A stretch of 52,380 nucleotides of DNA from Gammaproteobacteria bacterium (GTDB taxonomy: Bacteria; Pseudomonadota; Gammaproteobacteria; Eutrophobiales; Eutrophobiaceae): assembly GCA_051275005.1 (NCBI GenBank), contig JBNMOP010000003.1:1-52380 (forward strand), given 5' to 3'. This document shows positions 1 to 11,246 of the stretch, piece after piece. A program made the translations under genes and the position numbers. Each line of letters begins with the position of its first letter. The first letter of the stretch is position 1. The notes under the pieces are model-generated. The model made no database searches. It was not told the DNA's origin and saw only the letters and a list, made by a program, of their open reading frames with translations.

Positions 1-1
1 T

Positions 2-361
2 ATAGCTGGCCTACTGTTCGGAATGGGATTGGCTATCTCAAACATGACCGACCCCGGACGAGTAACAGATTTTCTTGATGTCACTGGTATGTGGGACCCG
101 ACGCTACTCCTGGTTATGGGCGGCGCATTAACTATAACTCTGCCTGGATTTATTTTGGTTCAAAAACGTCCATCTCCATTCTTTGCAGAAAAATATTTTC
201 TGCCCACAAAAAAAGATCTGGATGCTTCGTTAATTTCTGGGGCCATACTGTTCGGTATTGGATGGGGTATAGCAGGGTTTTGTCCAGGGCCAGCAATTGC
301 TTCACTGGTCTCACTTAAAGTTGAATCAGTTATCTTTGTTACAGCAATGATAGGCGGATAA
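2..361 (+). CDS. YeeE/YedE-like (DUF6691-type) small membrane protein, 5'-truncated by window edge
   Basis: Frame is open from position 2 (IAGLLFGMGLAISNMTDP). Motifs FLDVTGMWDPTL and LFGIGWGIAGFCPGPA are typical of the family. TAA at 359-361 may be premature (see findings). Confidence 0.8.
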   Translation: MAGLLFGMGLAISNMTDPGRVTDFLDVTGMWDPTLLLVMGGALTITLPGFILVQKRPSPFFAEKYFLPTKKDLDASLISGAILFGIGWGIAGFCPGPAIASLVSLKVESVIFVTAMIGG

Positions 362-432
362 TTTCTGGCGATACTGGTTGAACAAAAACAGTAGTTTTCT
401 TTCAATTTATATTTCTCATCGGACATTAGTTC

Positions 433-855
433 ATGATTGAGTTAATTCAATCCAATCCGGTCATAGCAAAATGGATATTTGCTATTTCATTTTTAATGTT
501 TATCGGGACTATTGTTTTAGTTCCCTATCTAATTACCTTGATACCGGACGATTATTTCAGTCATGACAGACCCGAAGCAAGGGACTTTTCCGCGCATCAC
601 CCGATGATTCGCTTAATGCTATTATTTTTGAAAAACCTGGTGGGATATATCCTTGTTATACTTGGCGTTGCCATGCTCGTATTGCCTGGTCAGGGTATTC
701 TTACTATCGTTATAGGTTTAATTCTTGTGGATTTCCCAAAGAAGTATCAACTCGAACGTTGGATAGTAAGCCGTTCTCGTCTATTAAGGACAATGAACTG
801 GTTTCGAAGACGTGCTAGTAAAAACCCACTAACAGTAACAAGTCACACTAATTAG
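433..855 (+). CDS. PGPGW-family putative transmembrane protein
   Basis: Hydrophobic helices with MLVLPGQGILTI motif and a basic C-terminus. Confidence 0.7.
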   Translation: MIELIQSNPVIAKWIFAISFLMFIGTIVLVPYLITLIPDDYFSHDRPEARDFSAHHPMIRLMLLFLKNLVGYILVILGVAMLVLPGQGILTIVIGLILVDFPKKYQLERWIVSRSRLLRTMNWFRRRASKNPLTVTSHTN

Positions 856-860
856 AGTAA

Positions 861-2201
861 TTATCCCATTATGGTCTTCCCATCAAAATAACCATGTAAT
901 GCCTCAGGTATCCTGATTCTTCCATCCTCTGTCTGATAATTTTCCATAATGGCAATTAATGTGCGTCCGACTGCAAGTCCAGAACCATTTACTGTATGCA
1001 ACAACTCTGGCTTATCAGTTTCAGGGTTCCGCCATCGTGCCAACATTCGCCTTGCCTGAAAATCTTCAAAATTACTACAGGAAGAAATCTCACGGTATTT
1101 GCCCTGACCTGGTAACCATACTTCAATATCGTAGGTCTTGGCCGCAGAAAATCCCATATCACCACCACATAAGTTAACTAGTCGGTAGGGTAATTCAAGT
1201 TTTTTGAGTATGGATTCGGCATGACTTGTCAGCTCTTCAAGTGCTTCATAAGAATTTTCTGGATGAACCATCTGCACGAGTTCCACCTTTTCAAACTGGT
1301 GTTGGCGAATTATGCCCCGGGTATCCTTACCATAAGAGCCGGCTTCACTCCGAAAACAGGGTGTATGACAGACATATTTCAGTGGCAATTCTTCGGCTGC
1401 GATAATTTTATTACGCACCATGTTAGTAACCGGCACCTCCGCCGTTGGTATTAAATAGAAACTATCGTCCAGTTGACTTAATTGATTTATTTCATTTCCT
1501 GATGATTTTTGATTTTCATCATGAATATTTTTATGTCTTGGGATCTTAAAAAGATCCTCTTCAAATTTTGGTAATTGCCCAGTACCAAATAAACTATCTG
1601 AATTTACAATATAAGGAACATTCAGTTCTGTATAGCCATGTTCTCGAGTATGTACATCAAGCATAAATTGTATCAGGGCCCTATGAAGCTGTGCCAACAC
1701 CCCTTTCATCACTACAAACCTTGAACCAGTAATTAATCTAGCCGTCTCAAAATCCAGTAATCCTGATAATTCTCCAAGGTCGATATGATCTTTGACCTGG
1801 AATGTAAATTCTGAAATCTCTCCCCATTTTCTAATCTCCTCGTTAGCAGCTTCTGTTTTTCCATAAGGCACAGATTGATGGGGTGCATTGGGGATATTGA
1901 TAAATATATTGTGCAAATCATACTGAATAATCGATAAATCAGATTCCCTGGATTTGAGTTGGTCACCAATTACTGCGACTTGATCCAGTAATGATTGTGC
2001 ATCCCCTCCTTCTTTTTTAACCTGGCCTATTTCCTTAGATAGTTTATTTCTTTTGGCTTGTAGATCCTGGGTCTCTACCTGAATTTCTTTTCGTTGTAAT
2101 TCAAGTTTTTCAATTTTTGAAATATCCATAGTGAATCCCTTCTTATCAAGAGATTTTTGAATTTCTTCAAGGTTATTTCTGAGTCTGTATGGGTCCAGCA
2201 T
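861..2201 (-). CDS. serS: Serine--tRNA ligase
   Basis: N-terminal coiled coil; [51 protein letters not shown]. Confidence 0.98.
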   Translation of the reverse strand: MLDPYRLRNNLEEIQKSLDKKGFTMDISKIEKLELQRKEIQVETQDLQAKRNKLSKEIGQVKKEGGDAQSLLDQVAVIGDQLKSRESDLSIIQYDLHNIFINIPNAPHQSVPYGKTEAANEEIRKWGEISEFTFQVKDHIDLGELSGLLDFETARLITGSRFVVMKGVLAQLHRALIQFMLDVHTREHGYTELNVPYIVNSDSLFGTGQLPKFEEDLFKIPRHKNIHDENQKSSGNEINQLSQLDDSFYLIPTAEVPVTNMVRNKIIAAEELPLKYVCHTPCFRSEAGSYGKDTRGIIRQHQFEKVELVQMVHPENSYEALEELTSHAESILKKLELPYRLVNLCGGDMGFSAAKTYDIEVWLPGQGKYREISSCSNFEDFQARRMLARWRNPETDKPELLHTVNGSGLAVGRTLIAIMENYQTEDGRIRIPEALHGYFDGKTIMG

Positions 2202-2362
2202 GGTTACTATTTCCTTCTCTTCTATTATTACTCTGGCAGGCCAATTAATTATATTGCACTGCTTTTAATTCTATCACTACTGGACATTTCAGATAATCGA
2301 ATAATTAACTGGTTATGATGTATTTTGAAATCATAGTCTGCCGACTTGAATTTACCTGGCAA

Positions 2363-2737
2363 TCATATTTGTTTTCCCAATGCCATACCTACCCAGCAAC
2401 CAATCAGACACAAAGTAACGCTAAGAATTACATTCAGGACTGCCTTAAACTGTTGCCCTGATTGGATTAGGGTAAGTGTTTCCAGGGAGAAGGATGAGAA
2501 TGTAGTGAATGCGCCGAGTAAACCAATTATCAAACCTGCTCGTAACTCTACGTTGGCGGTAAAGCGCTCTACACTCACCACATAAAGCATCCCTATAGCA
2601 ATTGATCCGATGACATTGACTGATAAAGTCCCATAAGGAAAATCACGACCAAAGATATTATGCATCAGTGATGACATCCAATATCTCAATAGTGCCCCCA
2701 CAGCACCGCCTCCAGCTATATAGATAATATTCACCAT
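2363..2737 (-). CDS. crcB: Fluoride efflux channel CrcB/FluC
   Basis: GGAVGALLRY, FPYGTLSVN, GLLGAFTTFSSF; usual position between rarA and serS. Confidence 0.96.
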   Translation of the reverse strand: MVNIIYIAGGGAVGALLRYWMSSLMHNIFGRDFPYGTLSVNVIGSIAIGMLYVVSVERFTANVELRAGLIIGLLGAFTTFSSFSLETLTLIQSGQQFKAVLNVILSVTLCLIGCWVGMALGKQI

Positions 2738-2762
2738 TGTTTAATATTACATATATGCAACA

Positions 2763-4064
2763 TTAGTTTTTGTTCTTATCCATTTGCCTGAGTTTCTCAA
2801 GTTTAGCTGCAATAGTCTGCTCTAGCCCACGATCTACCGGGTTATAATACTGCTTGGGTTGCATTCCATCCGGAAAATAATTTTCACCCGCAGCGTAGGC
2901 ATCAGGTTCATCGTGTGCATATCGATAGTTTTTGCCATAATCCATTTTTTTCATCAACTGGGTCGGCGCATTACGTAAATGTAGTGGCACATCCAATGAT
3001 CCGTTGCTACTGACATCCGCCCTGGCCTCGTTAAATGCCTTGTAGACAGCATTACTTTTTGGGGCACAGGCAAGATAAATTATTGCCTGCGCAATTGCGA
3101 GCTCTCCTTCAGGCGACCCTAATCTTTCTTGAACATCCCATGCATCCAGTGCAATACGTAGCGCCCTGGGATCAGCATTACCTATATCTTCTGATGCCAT
3201 ACGAACCACCCTGCGAGCGATATACAAGGGATCGCAGCCAGCATCTATCATACGCATAAACCAGTAAAGTGCAGCATCGGGTGACGAGCCCCTGACTGAC
3301 TTATGTAATGCCGAAATCTGGTCATAAAAGACTTCCCCGTGTTTATCGAAGCGTCTGTTTTGTGCCCCAGAAATAATCTCCAGCACGAGATTATTGGTTA
3401 CCCTCTTATTCTCTGCAAGGTCCGATAATATTTCAAGAACATTTAACGCGCGTCTGGCATCGCCATCGGCAAATTCCGCAAGGCTATTAATGGCATCTTC
3501 ATCTATTGTTAAACCTAATTCACCTAATCCTCGTGACTCATTAGCGATTGCATTCTTTAATACAGCAACAACATCTACCGTAAGTAAGGTTGTCAATACA
3601 TATACCCTGACCCGTGACAGTAATGCGTTGTTTAATTCAAAGGAGGGATTTTCCGTGGTAGCCCCAATAAAGATAATGGTGCCATTTTCTATATGAGGTA
3701 AGAAAGCATCTTGCTGTGCTTTATTAAATCGATGTACTTCATCAACAAACAATATCGTATCTCGATTAAAAGCTTCTCTGTCATTTCTGGCAGACTCAAC
3801 TGCTTCTCGAATATCTTTAACACCACTTAATACCGCTGATAGAACGACAAAATTCGCATCTGCAGTTGATGCAATTATTTTTGCGAGTGTAGTCTTACCT
3901 GTTCCCGGCGGTCCCCAGAACACCATTGAATGAAGTCTACCTGACTCAATAGACTTTTTTAATGTCTTATCGTTTCCGAGTAAGTGTTGTTGACCAACAA
4001 ATTCATCTAATGACTGCGGCCTCATACGTGCGGCGAGTGGTATAATTGTCTCAATATCACTCAT
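2763..4064 (-). CDS. rarA: Replication-associated recombination protein A (AAA+)
   Basis: [41 protein letters not shown]. Confidence 0.97.
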   Translation of the reverse strand: MSDIETIIPLAARMRPQSLDEFVGQQHLLGNDKTLKKSIESGRLHSMVFWGPPGTGKTTLAKIIASTADANFVVLSAVLSGVKDIREAVESARNDREAFNRDTILFVDEVHRFNKAQQDAFLPHIENGTIIFIGATTENPSFELNNALLSRVRVYVLTTLLTVDVVAVLKNAIANESRGLGELGLTIDEDAINSLAEFADGDARRALNVLEILSDLAENKRVTNNLVLEIISGAQNRRFDKHGEVFYDQISALHKSVRGSSPDAALYWFMRMIDAGCDPLYIARRVVRMASEDIGNADPRALRIALDAWDVQERLGSPEGELAIAQAIIYLACAPKSNAVYKAFNEARADVSSNGSLDVPLHLRNAPTQLMKKMDYGKNYRYAHDEPDAYAAGENYFPDGMQPKQYYNPVDRGLEQTIAAKLEKLRQMDKNKN

Positions 4065-4093
4065 AGTGTCATTTTATTTTGGGTTTACAGTTA

Positions 4094-4750
4094 CTATTCC
4101 CTTGTATCAATGATATCAATCCCTGCGGGTGGAACAAATTCAAATAACGATTTATCAAATATTTTATCACGCAAAACATCGTTAAAATGAAGTTCAGAGG
4201 TTTGTCCTAAATTATCAAATAATACCATTCCACTGAGTTCGCCTTGAATAAAACCAAGTCTAATAGCATTAAATTCAGTATCTGTATGATTTGAACGAAG
4301 TTCAATCCAGTCAGCATCCTCTAGTGGGCCTAAATCAGTAACGATATAGTTACTTTCTATGTCCATCTCTCCGCTCAATAACGCAGCGGGGGAGTTTTGA
4401 GCATTTCGGTCAATCTTGTTTATTGTTACTTGTTCAAGGTCTTCATCATATATCCATATTGATTCACCATTGCTAATTAAATACTGACGATAAGGTTGCT
4501 GATAGACCCAATAAAATTTTCCTGGTTTTTGCAACCTGACTATCCCATATGAACTTTCCAAAACGGTACCTGATTGTCCATAAATTGACTGCTCAAATGT
4601 TGCTTCAAAAGAATTTAATGATTGAATATATTCTTTAAGAAGATTTAAGGCAGCTTCATTATGTTGCGAACTATAAGCTGGATTTTCCATTATAAAAAGA
4701 CAGCTAGTGAAAATTATTATACGTAACAATTTTATGGAGAATTTATTCAA
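4094..4750 (-). CDS. lolA: Outer-membrane lipoprotein chaperone LolA
   Basis: Signal peptide; KPGKFYW, IWIYDEDLEQVT, FEFVPPAGIDIID; ftsK-lolA-rarA synteny. Confidence 0.93.
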   Translation of the reverse strand: MNKFSIKLLRIIIFTSCLFIMENPAYSSQHNEAALNLLKEYIQSLNSFEATFEQSIYGQSGTVLESSYGIVRLQKPGKFYWVYQQPYRQYLISNGESIWIYDEDLEQVTINKIDRNAQNSPAALLSGEMDIESNYIVTDLGPLEDADWIELRSNHTDTEFNAIRLGFIQGELSGMVLFDNLGQTSELHFNDVLRDKIFDKSLFEFVPPAGIDIIDTRE

Positions 4751-4790
4751 CTTTTATATTCTTGAAAATAATATCTGAAAATTTAAACAA

Positions 4791-7094
4791 TTAGTCTTTT
4801 GGCGGAGGTCTTGCCAGTACTTCCCGACTGCCATTTGATTCCAATGCGCTAACCAATCCGCTATTTTCCATTTCTTCTACCATGCGTGCTGCTCGGTTAT
4901 AACCAATTTTCAATCTCCTCTGAATATAGGAAATTGATGCCTTTCTCGTTTCAGTTACTATCCGTACAGCCTCATCATATAATGGATCGATATCATCTGA
5001 GCTAGTTTCTATTCCAACTATTGAGTCTGCACCGCCATCGTTAGGGCCACGTATTATTTCTTCCATGTAGTTCGGTTCACCTCTGGCCTTAATATTTTCA
5101 ACAACTTTATGTACCTCATGATCATCTACAAAAGCCCCATGTACCCTGACAGGCAAACTGGTACCGGGTGGCAGGAATAACATATCACCATGCCCTAACA
5201 GGTTTTCAGCACCCATTTGATCAAGAATAGTCCTCGAATCAACTTTAGATGAAACTTGAAAGGCAATCCGAGTTGGGATATTTGCCTTGATAAGGCCAGT
5301 TATGACATCTACAGAAGGCCTTTGTGTTGCAACAATCAGATGTATTCCTGATGCCCGTGCTTTTTGAGCAAGACGAGCAATCAATTCTTCAACTTTTTTA
5401 CCTACTGTCATCATCATATCGGCTAATTCATCAATAATTATCACAATAAACGGTACTTCTACGAGCTCAGGTATTTCATCATCTTCACTAATTGGCGTAT
5501 AAAATGGGTCAGGTATTGGACTTTTACGTTCAACAGCTTCACGTATTTTACGGTTATAGCCAGCTATATTTCTGACACCTAAAGCGGCCATAAGTTTATA
5601 TCGTCGTTCCATTTCTGCTACGCACCACCGCAATGCATTTGCAGCTTCTTTCATGTCAGTAACAACCGGTGTTAATAAATGAGGTATACCTTCGTAAACA
5701 GATAATTCCAGCATTTTAGGATCAATCATAATTAATCGAATATCACTGGCAGTAGCCTTGTATAAGAGACTTAATATCATTGCATTCAGCGCAACGGATT
5801 TTCCTGACCCTGTTGTTCCTGCTACCAATAAATGTGGCATTTTATTGAGTTCTGTCACGATTGGATTGCCACTAATATCTTTACCCAGTGCCAGGGCTAA
5901 TGGTGTCTCAACCAAATCATATTCACGTGAATTGAGTATCTCACCCAGAGTCACTAATTCTCTATACTCATTAGGTATCTCAAGGCCAATCACTGACTTT
6001 CCTGGAATTATATCGACTACACGTACACTCACCACAGAAAGCGACCTTGCCAAATCCTTCGACAGATTACTAATTTGATTGACCTTTACCCCCGGGGCTG
6101 GTTCCAATTCAAATCGAGTTATTACTGGCCCTGGGTTAACGGCAACTACTTCAACCTCAATCCCAAAATCCTTAAGTTTTAATTCCACCTGACGAGACAT
6201 GGCGGACAATGCTTCTCTTGAAAGTCGTCCCTTTGCAGGTTGTGGGCCATCAAGCAAATTTAGAGGAGGCAGGAATGAATCTGCTGGTGGTAAAAAAAGA
6301 TGCTCTTGACGCTCCCTATCGGCGCGCTCTCCTTTTGGAAACTCTGAAATGATTGGTTCAATCCTTGGTGGGGGACGTTTGTCTACTTTTTCTATTTCTT
6401 CCTTGATGACAGTTTCACGTACTTTTTTAAGTTTTTTTCCTTCAATTCTTTCTCGCAGCTCATGTTGGTAGTCCATTAGTGACTCACTGAATCTAAGTAC
6501 CCAATGCCCTGTACTATCTATGATCCACAGCCAGGAAAGACTTGAATATAAAGTAATACCAATGAAGAAAAAACTAAGCAGTACCAATGTGCTGCCCACT
6601 GAACCAAACGTGGTAAGAAATATTGAGCTAACCCCATCACCAAATACACCCCCTGCCCCAGGGATTGCTGCAGGAAGATAATTGCCTGTACTAAAATGAA
6701 TTTTTAAAAGCCCACATCCACCAATATAAAACATAATGAACCCTGATATTCTTGAACTGATACGATAATAGTTTATCGGGGTTTGATATTGTCTGGATTG
6801 AAACAATCGTATCCCATCAAAAACACAAATGACCGGAATTAGATACCCGAAAAGTCCAAATAAATACAACAATAAATCAGAAATCCACGCGCCGACAATT
6901 CCGCCACTATTATGGATCACATCAGCACTTGTAGCCTGGGACCAACCTGAATCTGCTGGATGGAATGTATATAATGCGATAACCAAATATATGGCTATCA
7001 TTGCCAAAAATATAAAACTTATTTCTTTAACATTACGGACCACCTTATGGCTTGCCGGAACAAACTTCATCTTCTTTTTTGATGCCTGACTCAA
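4791..7094 (-). CDS. ftsK: DNA translocase FtsK
   Basis: N-terminal 4TM domain; [34 protein letters not shown]; C-terminal gamma domain ([14 protein letters not shown]); TTG start. Confidence 0.98.
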   Translation of the reverse strand: MSQASKKKMKFVPASHKVVRNVKEISFIFLAMIAIYLVIALYTFHPADSGWSQATSADVIHNSGGIVGAWISDLLLYLFGLFGYLIPVICVFDGIRLFQSRQYQTPINYYRISSRISGFIMFYIGGCGLLKIHFSTGNYLPAAIPGAGGVFGDGVSSIFLTTFGSVGSTLVLLSFFFIGITLYSSLSWLWIIDSTGHWVLRFSESLMDYQHELRERIEGKKLKKVRETVIKEEIEKVDKRPPPRIEPIISEFPKGERADRERQEHLFLPPADSFLPPLNLLDGPQPAKGRLSREALSAMSRQVELKLKDFGIEVEVVAVNPGPVITRFELEPAPGVKVNQISNLSKDLARSLSVVSVRVVDIIPGKSVIGLEIPNEYRELVTLGEILNSREYDLVETPLALALGKDISGNPIVTELNKMPHLLVAGTTGSGKSVALNAMILSLLYKATASDIRLIMIDPKMLELSVYEGIPHLLTPVVTDMKEAANALRWCVAEMERRYKLMAALGVRNIAGYNRKIREAVERKSPIPDPFYTPISEDDEIPELVEVPFIVIIIDELADMMMTVGKKVEELIARLAQKARASGIHLIVATQRPSVDVITGLIKANIPTRIAFQVSSKVDSRTILDQMGAENLLGHGDMLFLPPGTSLPVRVHGAFVDDHEVHKVVENIKARGEPNYMEEIIRGPNDGGADSIVGIETSSDDIDPLYDEAVRIVTETRKASISYIQRRLKIGYNRAARMVEEMENSGLVSALESNGSREVLARPPPKD

Positions 7095-7323
7095 TGTTAA
7101 TCCTGATTATTTGATTATTGCTATATAGTTCTGTTTATTAAGGAAAGATTATAGCATATATCCTACTATATTTTTATACTTGAGGTAATAATAAAATTTA
7201 TAATGTGTAGTCTATTACCCTAGAATAATGAATTTATATGACAATTATGAACATCTTTAAATATAAATACGAGTATCGAGTATATGGTAGAATTTACTCT
7301 ATAGTTCACTCAGTATTAAACAC

Positions 7324-7662
7324 ATGTCTAAAAAACCAATTTATAAGATAATTTTTTACAATCAGGGCAAGGTATACGAAATTTACGCCCGAAGTATCCA
7401 CCAGGGTGAAATGTTCAGTTTTATTGAAATTGAACAATTAATTTTTGGCGAAAGAAGCTCTGTCGTTGTAGACCCATCTGAAGAAAATTTAAAATCAGAG
7501 TTTTGTGATGTCAGTCGAACATATATACCATTGCATTCTATTATACGAATAGATGAAGTGAACAAAAAAGGTACCTCGAAAGTAACCGAGGCAAGTAGTA
7601 AAGCAGGTAACATCATGCCTTTTCCGGTATATTCACAAGGTCATGCAGAGGATCCGAAATAA
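7324..7662 (+). CDS. DUF1820-family protein
   Basis: IYKIIFYNQGKVYEIYAR ... VVVDPSEENLKSEF ... IPLHSIIRIDEV matches my recollection of this family. Confidence 0.75.
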   Translation: MSKKPIYKIIFYNQGKVYEIYARSIHQGEMFSFIEIEQLIFGERSSVVVDPSEENLKSEFCDVSRTYIPLHSIIRIDEVNKKGTSKVTEASSKAGNIMPFPVYSQGHAEDPK

Positions 7663-7796
7663 CCTATTAATATAATCTGCGGGCACTATTCACCATTTCA
7701 TGGATTTTATTGAAAGTAATAAAACTTATGATTAATCATCAAATATTCCCATTTCGCATAACAGATCGGTGTTGCATATTTATCAAACTGAATTCC

Positions 7797-8303
7797 ATGC
7801 TTTTACTAGCTATATTTATTTTTATACTTTCTAGTCCCACTGTCAGCTTTGCTCAATGGGCTGTAGCTGCAGACACAAAAACACCTAATGATGAACCAAG
7901 ACAGGTTGCCTATACTACTAATTCAGAGGGATATACGCTGGAAATATATATGGACAGCAATATGATGATTCGTAGTAGATTTATCTTAAAGGAGGGAATG
8001 CTTAAACTTGAGGAGAAATCATGCCCAACCTATCAAATTGATAATGGTATGGCGAATAATAATTCGATAAATGGTGATACCTGTCTTTCTAATCACCAAT
8101 GGGCTGAATTTATTTTTGGCAATATACAAAATGGCACGATTAATTCATCGATACTATTAGCATTTATGGATGGAATCACATTAACTTTTAGATTTAGATT
8201 GGAAAATGGTGATTATCGAGAAACAAAGTTTTCACTAAGTGGCTCAAAAAGATCTATGACATCTATAATCGGGGACAATGTCATAGTTAGAACTCAACTG
8301 TGA
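7797..8303 (+). CDS. Exported hypothetical protein (ORF open from 7710; likely start ATG 7797)
   Basis: Hydrophobic signal-peptide-like segment ending SFA-QW; three Cys-free beta-rich stretches with a Cys pair; C-terminal FSLSGS...M weakly recalls IalB-like proteins. Confidence 0.55.
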   Translation: MLLLAIFIFILSSPTVSFAQWAVAADTKTPNDEPRQVAYTTNSEGYTLEIYMDSNMMIRSRFILKEGMLKLEEKSCPTYQIDNGMANNNSINGDTCLSNHQWAEFIFGNIQNGTINSSILLAFMDGITLTFRFRLENGDYRETKFSLSGSKRSMTSIIGDNVIVRTQL

Positions 8304-8362
8304 ATCTAGGCGATTAAGCGGTTAATCTCGCTACCTACAAAGATTTACCCCTAAGGAACGAT

Positions 8363-9502
8363 TTGTCCCAGGAATACTCAATAAGACGATTAACCAGTCT
8401 GTCTGCTGTATCAGCAGAAGACTGGAATCATCTGACAGATAAATCTAATCCCTTTGTCCGTCATGAATACTTGTATGGACTAGAAAAATATGACTGTCTA
8501 ACGAGTCATGGATGGACACCCTGTCACCTAACTGTCTATTCAGGAAATAATCTGACTGGGGCAATGCCACTTTATATGAGAAATAATTCATATGGTGAAT
8601 TCGTCTTTGATTGGGCCTGGGCAGATGCTTACGAACGTGCAGGAGGAAAATATTATCCTAAGTTAGTTACAGCTATTCCATTTGCACCAGTAATAGGTCC
8701 TAGACTTTTAGTACATTCGGATACCCCTGAATATATTAAGATAAAACAACTACTAATTGAAAATGTATTGAGATTAGTCGATGACAATGATCTTTCTTCA
8801 TATCATTGTCTGTTTACGGACAATGCCGATCAAACTATATTTTATGAAAATAAACTACTTACAAGAAGCACATGTCAGTTTCATTGGCACAACAATCATT
8901 ATCGGGATTTTAATGATTTTCTGGAATCATTAACCTCAAAAAAAAGAAAACAAATTAAAAGAGAAAGAAGGAAGGTAGAAAATGATGGAATTGAAATTGA
9001 AATTTTACTTGGAAATGAAATAACAAATGAACAATGGCAAGCTTATTACCATTTCTATTGCACTACATTTTATACTAGGTGGGGAAATCCTCGCTTAACA
9101 CTAGAATTTTTCATGTCCTTAAGTGAATCTATGCCTAACAACACCTTGCTTATTCTTGCTAAATTTCAAAATGAATACATTGCAGGTGCATTTCTAATGA
9201 AAGGAAATGATACGTTGTACGGCAGGCATTGGGGTTGTTCATCGCAGTTTCCCTTTTTGCATTTTGAACTATGCTATTATCAGGCTATCGAATATTGTAT
9301 TAAAAATAATATACAAAAACTTGATGCAGGTGTTCAAGGAGAACATAAATTATCCCGAGGATTTCAACCCTATTTAGCAATTTCGCACCACTGGATCCAA
9401 CATGCTGGATTTAGAAATGCTATAGCAGATTATTTGGTGACAGAAAAAAAAGAAGTTGAGCAGCATGTTGAAATTTTGAAATCTCATCTGCCATTTAAAT
9501 GA
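8363..9502 (+). CDS. DUF482 / FemAB-like double-GNAT protein
   Basis: SYGEFVFDWAWADAY, YYPKLVTAIPF, LYGRHWG, LHFELCYYQAIE, AGVQGEHKLSRGF. Confidence 0.88.
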   Translation: MSQEYSIRRLTSLSAVSAEDWNHLTDKSNPFVRHEYLYGLEKYDCLTSHGWTPCHLTVYSGNNLTGAMPLYMRNNSYGEFVFDWAWADAYERAGGKYYPKLVTAIPFAPVIGPRLLVHSDTPEYIKIKQLLIENVLRLVDDNDLSSYHCLFTDNADQTIFYENKLLTRSTCQFHWHNNHYRDFNDFLESLTSKKRKQIKRERRKVENDGIEIEILLGNEITNEQWQAYYHFYCTTFYTRWGNPRLTLEFFMSLSESMPNNTLLILAKFQNEYIAGAFLMKGNDTLYGRHWGCSSQFPFLHFELCYYQAIEYCIKNNIQKLDAGVQGEHKLSRGFQPYLAISHHWIQHAGFRNAIADYLVTEKKEVEQHVEILKSHLPFK

Positions 9503-9520
9503 TATTTGATACATTAGATT

Positions 9521-10219
9521 ATGACGCTATTAACGAATAATCAATCAAGTCACAACAAACTATATTGGGTTGCTGATAATGTTATTGCAGATACCTTCCC
9601 ACCTGTGGAAACTGCATTGCGTGACCCAAATGGATTATTGGCGATAGGAGGAGACTTATCAGCAGATCGTTTACTAGATGCATATGGCAAAGGCATTTTC
9701 CCATGGTACAGTCAGGGACAACCTATATTATGGTGGTCTCCTGATCCAAGGTGTGTATTAATACCAAATGAAATACATATTTCAAAAAGTCTTAAAAAAC
9801 TACTACGAAAAAATGACTTTATCATAACCAACAATAAAGCATTCAACGAAGTTATTAGCAAATGCGCTGAACCAAGAAATGGCAATCCTGACACATGGAT
9901 AACAAATGAAATTCATGATGCATATAACGCATTAAATAAAAACGGAAAAATATTATCTATTGAAGTATGGCAAAACAATCATCTTGTCGGCGGGCTTTAT
10001 GGCGTTGTGTTAGGAAAAATATTTTTTGGGGAATCTATGTTTAGCAATATATCAAACGTATCAAAAGTTGCGCTTGCACATTTAGCTGATTTGTTAAAAA
10101 CAAATAATTTCAAACTAATTGATTGCCAAATCTACTCGAAACATCTCCAATCACTTGGTGCAAAACCAATGCAACGTAATTTATTTATAAATACACTTAA
10201 ACATTACTGCAATTTATGA
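9521..10219 (+). CDS. aat: Leucyl/phenylalanyl-tRNA--protein transferase
   Basis: GLLAIGGDL, GIFPWY, ILWWSPDPR, LVGGLYGV, FFGESMFS, IDCQ. Confidence 0.97.
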   Translation: MTLLTNNQSSHNKLYWVADNVIADTFPPVETALRDPNGLLAIGGDLSADRLLDAYGKGIFPWYSQGQPILWWSPDPRCVLIPNEIHISKSLKKLLRKNDFIITNNKAFNEVISKCAEPRNGNPDTWITNEIHDAYNALNKNGKILSIEVWQNNHLVGGLYGVVLGKIFFGESMFSNISNVSKVALAHLADLLKTNNFKLIDCQIYSKHLQSLGAKPMQRNLFINTLKHYCNL

Positions 10220-10947
10220 CATCAACACAAAAATTGGGTTTTTATTCTACCCCACCACATCAATGCAGTTATCTTCCTGAACAGCAAGCCATCACACTTT
10301 TTGCGGATCCCCAGTTTCCAAAAAACATGCGTATTTACTCCACCCTCATGAACAATGGATTTCGACGTAGCGGATCTCATTTATATATACCTAATTGTAA
10401 AAATTGCAGCGCATGTATTTCTGTAAGAATCCCTGTAGATAAATTTATGCCTACTAGAATACAAAACAGAATACTTAAAAAGAACAAAGATCTGATTATT
10501 AATGAGACAGCTGCAGAATTTAATATTGAACATTTTAATCTATACAAAAAATACATTTCAATGAGACATGCCGGTGGTGGCATGGATAATCCAACCCCAG
10601 AAAATTATATGGAATTTTTAACGACAAAATGGGCAGATACAGTATTTTTTGAAATGAAAGTTGACAATAAACTTGTAGCTGTTGCTGTCACTGATATACT
10701 ACACGACGCGCTATCTGCGGTTTATACCTTCTTTGATCCCGATCTTAAATCTAGAAGTCTAGGAAAGTTTGCAATTATATTTCAAATAATAGAGGCAAAC
10801 CTACGTGACCTAAGTTGGCATTATCTTGGATATTGGATTAAAAGCAGTGATAAGATGAAATATAAATCAGAGTTTCAACCACAACAGTTTTTTTATAATA
10901 ATTGCTGGAATAATCATCCACTCGACACCGATATGAAAATATTGTAA
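10216..10947 (+). CDS. bpt: Bacterial ATE1-like transferase (Bpt, Asp/Glu leucyltransferase / putative arginyltransferase)
   Basis: CSYLP, GFRRSG, CxxCxAC, RHAGGGMD, LSAVYTFFDP, YLGYWI, KMKYK; overlaps aat by 4 nt. Confidence 0.92.
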   Translation: MTSTQKLGFYSTPPHQCSYLPEQQAITLFADPQFPKNMRIYSTLMNNGFRRSGSHLYIPNCKNCSACISVRIPVDKFMPTRIQNRILKKNKDLIINETAAEFNIEHFNLYKKYISMRHAGGGMDNPTPENYMEFLTTKWADTVFFEMKVDNKLVAVAVTDILHDALSAVYTFFDPDLKSRSLGKFAIIFQIIEANLRDLSWHYLGYWIKSSDKMKYKSEFQPQQFFYNNCWNNHPLDTDMKIL

Positions 10948-11009
10948 ATGGAATTTCACAGATCATTATAAATATGGCATTATTACTTCGTTTAATCTAA
11001 AGGTTTATT

Positions 11010-11228
11010 ATGGCAAAAGAAGATCAAATTGAAATGGAAGGTACGATTATCGAAACCCTTCCAAATACTATGTTCCGTGTAGAGTTAGATAATGGCCACG
11101 TTATCATTGCTCACATATCCGGAAAAATGCGCAAAAATTATATACGGATATTAACAGGTGATAAGGTAACGATAGAAATGACACCTTATGACCTTTCCAA
11201 AGGAAGAATTACTTACCGAGCAAGATAA
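11010..11228 (+). CDS. infA: Translation initiation factor IF-1
   Basis: [11 protein letters not shown]...[18 protein letters not shown]...[11 protein letters not shown]. Confidence 0.99.
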   Translation: MAKEDQIEMEGTIIETLPNTMFRVELDNGHVIIAHISGKMRKNYIRILTGDKVTIEMTPYDLSKGRITYRAR

Positions 11229-11246
11229 ATTACTTAGGACTTCCAA

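Noticed and set aside
2738-2762. Fluoride riboswitch ahead of crcB
   Set aside because: Only 25 nt separate rarA and crcB, and no GGCGATG-type motif is present.
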